From: a virus
DNA length: 64,000 nucleotides
Virus record (IMG/VR): IMGVR_UViG_3300033149_003004
Span: 1 to 64,000 of that record
Strand: one strand, 5' to 3'
Position 1 is the stretch's first letter. Each line of letters opens with the position of its first letter. This document shows positions 57,373 through 64,000 of this stretch, one piece after another. A program made the position numbers and the translations under genes. The notes below the pieces were generated by a model. It was not told the DNA's origin. It searched no databases and worked only from the letters and a program-made list of their open reading frames with translations.

Positions 57373-58845
57373 ATGAAGACTTTGGAGATGCTCCGGAATG
57401 CCCGCCGTGCCGGGGTCCCGTTGATAGCGATAAATACGCCGGACCCGAAGGACACGATGGAGATGCTGGCCTCGCTGGCCAACGGGAAGAGCCCTGTCGT
57501 ATGCTGGGACTGCATATCGGGACTAAGGCCAGTGAACGAGGCAGGACGCGATGCCATCGCTCTAGTCAACGCCGAGGAGGCCGAAGGGAGCCCAATCGGG
57601 TTTTTGGAAGCGGCTGCTGATTTACCAGACGGTACGATAGTTTGTTTCCTCCAGGCCGATGCCTGGATCAACGAGCCTCCGGTGATCCAGGGTATCTGGA
57701 ATCTGCGTGATCCGTACAAGCGGAGCCAGAGGACATTGATACTGTTGGGCAGACAGATCCGCCTACCGCTGTCTCTGCAAGGGGACGTGGTGACGATAGA
57801 CGGAGGGCTCCCTAGCAGGGAGGAGCTAAAGGCGATCGCCAGATCGATGGACGAAGCAGCGGTTACGGCCTATGCCGAGAGGCCGGAGACAGACGAAGAG
57901 ACAATCTGTAGAGTGGCTGATTTGACAGCCGGGTTGTCTGCTTTCCTAGCCGAGCAGGCCGTGGCCATGAGTCTGCGAAGAGATGGCTTTAATTTCGAAG
58001 TACTCGCGGAGAATCGACGATCCATGATCGAGCAGACCAGAGGTCTGAGTGTCGACCGCGGGCGGGAGACGTTCAACGACATCGGCGGTCTGGATCAGGC
58101 CAAGCTATTCGGCCGAGCTTTGTTCGAGGGCCCACATCCGCCTAGTCTGGTTGTCAGAGTGGAGGAAATCGAGAAGGTGATGGCTGGGTCGCAAGGTGAC
58201 TTGAGTGGTACGAGTCAGGACGCTCTCCAAGTCATGCTCAATGCGATGGAGGATAACGGTTGGGATGGCATTGTCGCGTTCGGTTGTCCTGGAGCAGGCA
58301 AGTCATTGTACAGCAAGGCGCTGGCCAACACGTTCGGGCGAATGTCACTCTCTCTCGATTTGAATGCCACGAAGGGCAGCTTGGTTGGCGAATCGGAAAA
58401 ATATGTCCGCGAGGCAATGGGTGTGATCCGAGCGATCGGTGGTGATCGCGTGTTCTTCGTCGCCACCGCCAACCGTCTGAACACGATTCCCGGTGAGCTG
58501 TTGCGAAGGTTCCGCGGCGGCATCTGGATGTTCGACTTCCCAGGTGACGAGGAACGGTCGCGAATCTGGCCAATTCACCTCGCCAAGTACGGCGTGGATG
58601 AAAGCGAGAAGCCAGACGACAAGATGTACGCTGGTTCCGACATCCGGAACTGCTGCGAGCGGGCTTGGAAGATGGGCAAGAGCTTACGATTCGCGTCGCA
58701 GTTCATCGCTCCGGTCGGCAAGACAGCTAAGGACGTGATCCGCGACGCTCAGCGATTAGCAGACGGTAACTTCCTCTCGGCATCGCAGCCCGGCCTATAC
58801 AGATTGGGCGAGTCAGGAGGAGGCCGGCGGAGCGTGGAGTTGTAA
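57373..58845 (+). CDS. Ycf46-like AAA+ ATPase with rearranged Walker motifs
   Basis: FNDIGGLD, VEEIEK, GCPGAGKS, GSLVGESE, VATAN, PGELLRRF, GSDIRN. Confidence 0.85.
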   Translation: MKTLEMLRNARRAGVPLIAINTPDPKDTMEMLASLANGKSPVVCWDCISGLRPVNEAGRDAIALVNAEEAEGSPIGFLEAAADLPDGTIVCFLQADAWINEPPVIQGIWNLRDPYKRSQRTLILLGRQIRLPLSLQGDVVTIDGGLPSREELKAIARSMDEAAVTAYAERPETDEETICRVADLTAGLSAFLAEQAVAMSLRRDGFNFEVLAENRRSMIEQTRGLSVDRGRETFNDIGGLDQAKLFGRALFEGPHPPSLVVRVEEIEKVMAGSQGDLSGTSQDALQVMLNAMEDNGWDGIVAFGCPGAGKSLYSKALANTFGRMSLSLDLNATKGSLVGESEKYVREAMGVIRAIGGDRVFFVATANRLNTIPGELLRRFRGGIWMFDFPGDEERSRIWPIHLAKYGVDESEKPDDKMYAGSDIRNCCERAWKMGKSLRFASQFIAPVGKTAKDVIRDAQRLADGNFLSASQPGLYRLGESGGGRRSVEL

Positions 58846-58872
58846 TAGCAGAAAGAAAAAGGAGACTCGACT

Positions 58873-59817
58873 ATGGGAAATCGACTATTCGACAACACGG
58901 TGTGCTTGGCGGTGACATTTCACCGAGCCGGCAAGAACCGCAGAGTCCGCAAGTCAGAGGTCAATGTGGTCCCTGTCTCTTCTCTCAAGCAGTCAGAAGA
59001 GAGAGAAGAGAAAGAAGAGAAACCCGACCAATCACTCTTTTCGACTGTCAAGCAAATCTTCGAGTCCGAGCACTATCACGAGGCAGAACGAATCGCTCGG
59101 GAATTTGACGCCTGGGTCAGCAAGCGGGCAGTACCTTGTCCGCTCAAGCGCGGCACGCACCTGATCCCGATAGCGATGCTTGATGAAGTCTATACGAGGT
59201 TAGACAATGATCAGGCGAAGTATGACGCTGAGGCTGATGCTTTGCTGGCAGAGTACGACACACTGAAGATCGAAGCTCGAAAAGGGTTGGGAGAACTGTA
59301 CCGAGAAGAGGATTACCCGAAGCCAGAAAGACTCCGGGCATCATTCTGGGTGGGGCGTCGCATATTCGACTTCTCCCCGCCAGGCGAGGGAAAGCTCAGC
59401 GAAGTCGTATACAAGCAGGAGCGGGCCCGCTGGCAGCAGACGTTTGCTGAGGCTGAGAATGAGGTAAGGCTGGCATTACGAGAATCGATGCTGGCACTGG
59501 TGTCCCATCTAGCCGAGCGGTTGCAACCCGATCCAGATGGCCGACGGAAGGTGCTTCGCAACCCCGCTGTCGACAAGGTGGTAGAGTTCCTTGAGCTGTT
59601 CGACCGCCGGAACGTGCTCAATGACGAAGAACTGAAGGCTCTGGTTGTCCGTGCTCGCCGCGTGCTTAACGGCGACCCAATGATGGCTGAAGCCCTGCGT
59701 CAGGATGAATCAGTCCGGGAGATCGTCCGTCGCAGAATGGAGGAAGTCAAGTCCCGACTGGACGTGCTCATTAAAAGCGGTCCGGCTCGGGTAATCTCTT
59801 TCGACGAGGAGGAATAG
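58873..59817 (+). CDS. DUF3150-like helical protein
   Basis: LGELYREEDYP..LRASF and F...NVLND.EL..LV motifs. Confidence 0.55.
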   Translation: MGNRLFDNTVCLAVTFHRAGKNRRVRKSEVNVVPVSSLKQSEEREEKEEKPDQSLFSTVKQIFESEHYHEAERIAREFDAWVSKRAVPCPLKRGTHLIPIAMLDEVYTRLDNDQAKYDAEADALLAEYDTLKIEARKGLGELYREEDYPKPERLRASFWVGRRIFDFSPPGEGKLSEVVYKQERARWQQTFAEAENEVRLALRESMLALVSHLAERLQPDPDGRRKVLRNPAVDKVVEFLELFDRRNVLNDEELKALVVRARRVLNGDPMMAEALRQDESVREIVRRRMEEVKSRLDVLIKSGPARVISFDEEE

Positions 59818-59819
59818 AC

Positions 59820-60134
59820 ATGCCATGCTGGGAAGTGAGAACGATGTCCGTGGAGTTCAAAGCCAAGCATCGTAAGCTACTTGAGCAGGCGATTGAATCT
59901 CTTGGTTGGGAACACGAAAGCGTTGCAAGAGGTATTCGAATAAAGACATCCACATGGAATTCTTTCACGATTGATCTTGCTTCGCAGAAGGCCGAGATCC
60001 AACCAGGTCAACAAACCAATCTGAACCGGCTCAAGCAGCAATATAGCAAGGAAGCCTTGAGACGTGTGGCTAAGCTCCAAGGATGGCGATTTAAGCAGCA
60101 GAAAGCTCAACTGAAAGGAGTGCTCCGAAAATGA
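59820..60134 (+). CDS. DUF1257/Ycf35-like protein
   Basis: LLEQAIESLGW, LKQQYS...AKLQGW; syntenic with the Ycf46-like ATPase. Confidence 0.55.
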   Translation: MPCWEVRTMSVEFKAKHRKLLEQAIESLGWEHESVARGIRIKTSTWNSFTIDLASQKAEIQPGQQTNLNRLKQQYSKEALRRVAKLQGWRFKQQKAQLKGVLRK

Positions 60135-60337
60135 ACGATTCGATTAGCTGGGAGATTCTCGAAGATGGAACGGTGACGATCACAACCGACCAAATCAGTA
60201 GACAAAATCATTTGTCCGCCGATGAGCTATTGGAGAAGTTAGCAGACATGCTTGGCGGGCCAGTGAAGATCGAAGAGCGGAGGGGGCATGTGCATAAGCA
60301 TCGCGGTGTTGTTCACCAGCACCGCCACACTCATTGA
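60131..60337 (+). CDS. DUF2997-like small protein with His-rich tail
   Basis: I.WEILEDGTVTI.T...LADMLGG; synteny. Confidence 0.55.
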   Translation: MNDSISWEILEDGTVTITTDQISRQNHLSADELLEKLADMLGGPVKIEERRGHVHKHRGVVHQHRHTH

Positions 60338-60472
60338 AGCAAGTCTCCGCCCCGGTGGAACCGAGGGAGCGAGCTCGTCGCTCGCCCCTCGGGCCGGGGT
60401 TACAATTTCTCACGCAATAGCGATAGAGAATCAGATAAAATAGTAGACAGCACAAAGCAAAGGGAGATCATC

Positions 60473-60994
60473 ATGCAACAGCAAGACGCTGTGGAAGAAA
60501 CCTACGATGATGTGAAGATGCTAATTCACAAAATCTGTCGTAGCTTCATGCGACGGAAGAGAATTCATCAACGATACTACGAGGACTGGCACGCCGAAGC
60601 GTGCTTGGCCTTCGTTCGTGCCTATCAGAGCTACAATCAGTTGCGGGGTCGTTTTAGCACGTGGCTTTGGCACTCCGTCTGGAACGCCTTGAGTGAGCAG
60701 CTTCGGACGGAGGCCGTTCACCATCTGACCCCGCATCTGACAGAATCGCAGATGAACAGGATCATCGATAACCAAAGTCCCCAATATGACAAGAGCAACC
60801 TGGACTCATCACTGTCGCAAGATGCTAAAGCAGTGATGATGCTATTGCTTGATACGTTCGGCCATATCGACTCGCAGGAGGAGAAGCCAGGGGAGATTCG
60901 GTTGTCCATCCACGATCTGCTCAGCAGTCTAGGATGGTCGTTCCGGCGGATTGTGGAATCGTTCCGCGAGATACAGATTGCGTTAACAGAATAG
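60473..60994 (+). CDS. Sigma-70 region 2-like protein
   Basis: EACLAFVRAYQSYNQLRGRFSTWLWHSVWNAL. Confidence 0.7.
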   Translation: MQQQDAVEETYDDVKMLIHKICRSFMRRKRIHQRYYEDWHAEACLAFVRAYQSYNQLRGRFSTWLWHSVWNALSEQLRTEAVHHLTPHLTESQMNRIIDNQSPQYDKSNLDSSLSQDAKAVMMLLLDTFGHIDSQEEKPGEIRLSIHDLLSSLGWSFRRIVESFREIQIALTE

Positions 60995-60998
60995 GGGG

Positions 60999-61235
60999 TT
61001 GGGCCTCATGAGTTGCGATTTGACATTCCGTGTCGAGAAGGTATCAATCTTTACCGGTAAGGAAAGAGCCGATAGAGTCAGTATACATACTACAGTGGAG
61101 AGTCCAATGCCTAGCATCACAGCAGGACCACTCCGTCTCGACTTCGACGTGACAGCCGGTAACGGCTATCAATACGTGACGAGAGTCCTCCGAGTCAATG
61201 AGCAAGACGTTGAAGTAATCTCCATAGAAAAGTGA
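60999..61235 (+). CDS. Hypothetical protein
   Basis: GTGA overlap with the helicase start. Confidence 0.5.
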   Translation: MGLMSCDLTFRVEKVSIFTGKERADRVSIHTTVESPMPSITAGPLRLDFDVTAGNGYQYVTRVLRVNEQDVEVISIEK

Positions 61236-62599
61236 AAGCCAATCCCCTCAACTATCAGATTTCGTCGATCACCAAGATCGAGAAGTTTCATGGACGCTGT
61301 CTGTTGGCTCACGAAATGGGGCTTGGGAAAACCCTTATCTCGCTATGGTGGTGGCAACGGCATCCAGAAGCACACCCCGCGCTGGTGATTTGTCCGGCTT
61401 CGGCCAAGTGGGTCTGGGCACACGAAGCCGCTCAGAACATTGGCATCCAACCATTGGTGATCGAAGGCACAAAAGCGAAGAACATAGGTGCCGAAAGAAC
61501 GAAGCCAGATATTGTCATTATCAATTACGACGTGCTCCATCATTGGGTGGGCCAGTTGCAAAAATTCGGCTTTTGTTCGCTGTTCATTGATGAGTGCCAC
61601 TTCACGAAATCCACTTCCGCAAAGCGGACCAAGGCCGTACGAGCAGTGGCTAAAGGAATCCGGTACGTGATCGCCATTTCCGGCACACCACTACTTCAGC
61701 GACCAATCGAACTGTTTCCCACGTTGCAAATGCTCCGACCGAGCGTGTTCCGGAGCCGTTGGGCTTACGCCCACAAGTATTGCAATCCGCGTTGGACGCC
61801 GTGGGGATGGAAGTATGATGGAGCCAGTCGGCTGCCGGAGCTGCACAATCTGCTTCAGCACACCGTCATGATCCGCTATCGAAAACAGGACGTAATGCCG
61901 GAACTGCCGGAGAAGGTACGTCGTGTGCTGCCACTACCTTTGTCGGACGAAAGCGAATACTTGGAGGCTAAGGATTCGTTTCTGCTGTGGTTGGGCCGGA
62001 GAAATCCTACTCGATTACGGTCAGCGGAGCGGTCTGAAGCTCTGGTGCAGCTCGGCTACCTGAAGCGATTGGCGGCTCGGCTGAAGCTCAGGGCAGCAGT
62101 CGATTGGGTAAACAGGTGGATCGAAAGCTATCCCACGGAGAAAATCGTGTTGTTCGCTGTGCATCGCAAGGCAATTGAAGCACTGCAGCACCGGATAAAA
62201 GCCAAGATGGTAACAGTAGATGGATCTATCACCGGCAGAAAGAGAAAGACAGCAGTTCAGCAATTCCAGCAAGACAGCAGGACGAAGGTGTTCCTAGGCA
62301 ACATTCGAGCCACGGGAACAAGCATTACCCTCACAGCGGCAACTACGGTGGCATTCATCGAGTTAGATTGGGTGCCAGCCGTCCACACGCAAGCAGAGGA
62401 TCGCATCCATCGTATCGGGCAGCGGGAGAAGTCATGGATTTGGTATCTTGTCGCGGCAGGGACAATAGAGGAGAGACTCTGCAAGATTCTGGAGCAGAAG
62501 CAACGAGTAGTAACAAGTACATTGGATGGCTTTGGCAAGGCTGACGAATTAGACGTGTACAAGCAGTTACTGAAGCAGTTAGCAGAAGAAAGGGCGTGA
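61232..62599 (+). CDS. SNF2/HARP-like helicase
   Basis: HEMGLGKT, DECH, SGTP, QAEDRIHRIGQ. Confidence 0.92.
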   Translation: MKANPLNYQISSITKIEKFHGRCLLAHEMGLGKTLISLWWWQRHPEAHPALVICPASAKWVWAHEAAQNIGIQPLVIEGTKAKNIGAERTKPDIVIINYDVLHHWVGQLQKFGFCSLFIDECHFTKSTSAKRTKAVRAVAKGIRYVIAISGTPLLQRPIELFPTLQMLRPSVFRSRWAYAHKYCNPRWTPWGWKYDGASRLPELHNLLQHTVMIRYRKQDVMPELPEKVRRVLPLPLSDESEYLEAKDSFLLWLGRRNPTRLRSAERSEALVQLGYLKRLAARLKLRAAVDWVNRWIESYPTEKIVLFAVHRKAIEALQHRIKAKMVTVDGSITGRKRKTAVQQFQQDSRTKVFLGNIRATGTSITLTAATTVAFIELDWVPAVHTQAEDRIHRIGQREKSWIWYLVAAGTIEERLCKILEQKQRVVTSTLDGFGKADELDVYKQLLKQLAEERA

Positions 62600-62602
62600 G
62601 AC

Positions 62603-62797
62603 ATGAATGCAAAACATGAACTCTCCGATAATAGCAAGGAAGAGGATCGGGATAGCACAACGCTGATTGTCTGTGGGGTGCCGGAGGAGTTGAAGATACG
62701 ATTCAAGCTCTCCTGTGTTCGCCGTGGCCTATCTATGAGCGAGGTGCTGGTGGAAGCCATCAGAAGGATCGTAGAGCAGAGCGAGGATCGTCTATGA
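62603..62797 (+). CDS. Ribbon-helix-helix DNA-binding protein
   Basis: LIVCGVPEELKIRFK..C..RGLSMSEVLVEAI. Confidence 0.7.
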   Translation: MNAKHELSDNSKEEDRDSTTLIVCGVPEELKIRFKLSCVRRGLSMSEVLVEAIRRIVEQSEDRL

Positions 62798-63669
62798 GTT
62801 TGCGACAGTTGTTGAGAGATCACAACATTTCATTCGCAGAGGGCGATTCTCACCACCACGTACGCAATGGGTGGGTAGGAGTAGATTGTCCATGGTGCGG
62901 CACTATCGGTAAGTGGCACTTGGGCATTCATCTTGAGACTCTCACTGCTACCTGCTGGCGTTGTGGCAGGCACGACTTCGTCTCTGTGTTATCCAGACTG
63001 CTCAGGATAAATCGGAGTATGGCAAGGCAACTTGCGAAGGAATTGCCCAAGAGCAGGAGGCTGCCGAAACGGTCTGGGCTGTCTAGGGGAACGCTGCGAA
63101 CGCCCCCTGGACTGGAGCAGCTCTCCCGAGTGCATAAGCAATACCTGCTCAGGAGAGGATTCGATCCGGAGCATCTAATCCGCCTGTGGGGCTTGCGAGG
63201 ATTGGGCCCATTGGCAGGACCGCTGAGCTGGAGGATTTGGATCCCAGTCCACCTGAGCGGTGAAGTCGTTTCCTGGACCACTCGATCTATCGGAATCACA
63301 GAGCATCGGTATGTCCACGCCTCACCGCAGGAGGAGGTATGGCCGATCAAGACGATCCTGTACGGCTGGGACTACGTTTGGGACACCGTGATCGTTTGCG
63401 AGGGGCCGACGGATGTGTGGAGAATAGGACCAGGAGCCGTGGCGGTCTTCGGGCAAACAGTAAGCGATGCTCAGCTCAGCCTGCTGGCAACGATACCAAA
63501 ACGAATTGTGTGTTTCGATAGTGAACCATCGGCTCAAGAGCAAGCTACTCGGTTATGTGAGCAGTTACAGTGCTTTCCAGGCGAGACAATCCGCATAGAG
63601 ATTGAAGCAAACGATCCTGGATCTGCTTCTGAGCAAGAGCTTAGCGAACTCAAAAGACTATTGAGATAG
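62794..63669 (+). CDS. DNA primase-like protein (Zn finger plus TOPRIM)
   Basis: CPWC..CWRCG, VCEGPTD, CFDSE, DPG. Confidence 0.85.
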   Translation: MSLRQLLRDHNISFAEGDSHHHVRNGWVGVDCPWCGTIGKWHLGIHLETLTATCWRCGRHDFVSVLSRLLRINRSMARQLAKELPKSRRLPKRSGLSRGTLRTPPGLEQLSRVHKQYLLRRGFDPEHLIRLWGLRGLGPLAGPLSWRIWIPVHLSGEVVSWTTRSIGITEHRYVHASPQEEVWPIKTILYGWDYVWDTVIVCEGPTDVWRIGPGAVAVFGQTVSDAQLSLLATIPKRIVCFDSEPSAQEQATRLCEQLQCFPGETIRIEIEANDPGSASEQELSELKRLLR

Positions 63670-63680
63670 GAGGCTAGCTA

Positions 63681-64000
63681 ATGAGTAGAATAAGAAAGCT
63701 CACACCAGAGCAAGAGGAGGCCATACCAGAATGGCTAGATCGATATTGGAAGATCGGAACTTGTACCGACCCGACTGACAAGAAAACCGTTGCCAGTGTA
63801 CTAGCTGACATGTACCGGCTTATCTCAGAAAAACCCCCCTTACCCATATGGTGTGACTCGCCACTGACTAGTTGCTTGGCCATATCCATATTGAAGGCAG
63901 GATCACCAGAAAAACCACTCGGGGATTCGCTCAGGGATTCGCTTTGGAGTCCGCTCGGGGATTCGCTCTGGAGTTCGCTCAGGGATCCGCTCTGGAATTC
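63681..64000 (+). CDS. DUF6745-like protein, partial (runs off the window)
   Basis: MSRIRKLTPEQEEAIPEWLDRYWKIG...IWCDSP then 4-residue repeats (LGDS/LRDS/LWS); absent from the ORF track because no stop is in view. Confidence 0.65.
   Translation, partial: MSRIRKLTPEQEEAIPEWLDRYWKIGTCTDPTDKKTVASVLADMYRLISEKPPLPIWCDSPLTSCLAISILKAGSPEKPLGDSLRDSLWSPLGDSLWSSLRDPLWN

Noticed and set aside
1-64000. tRNA, rRNA, integrase or att sites
   Set aside because: None recognised by eye. tRNAscan-SE and HMM searches would be needed to exclude them.

Overview
The window is a contiguous part of a large tailed dsDNA phage or prophage genome with HK97-type head and siphovirus-like tail genes. Nearly all credible genes are on the + strand. 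Order: recombination module (RecA/UvsX-like, 5'-3' flap exonuclease, RuvC-like, split SbcC/Rad50 plus SbcD/Mre11); small terminase; an origin/control-like island bracketed by 49-bp repeat arrays; large terminase; peptidase and membrane genes; virion genes (portal, MuF, prohead protease, capsid, connectors, tail tube, frameshifted chaperone, tape measure); a ~9 kb glycan-modification cluster; an early-type region with repeated leaders; a Ycf46-like AAA cluster; sigma-like, SNF2 helicase and primase genes. Highlights: (1) a TIGR-Tas-like RNA-guided system, with six dual-9-nt-spacer units in two sub-arrays flanking a nuclease-less Nop-domain gene that has a Zn-finger insert, inside the recombination module; (2) an intein in MuF whose interior encodes an HTH plus PD-(D/E)xK endonuclease on the opposite strand with its own Shine-Dalgarno; (3) an AAA+ ATPase whose Walker B segment lies before Walker A; (4) poly-serine virion proteins beside glycosyl-, methyl- and sulfotransferase and KdsB-like genes; (5) a MuF C-terminal nuclease toxin with a candidate immunity gene. 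All calls come from motif recognition by eye. No database searches were run.
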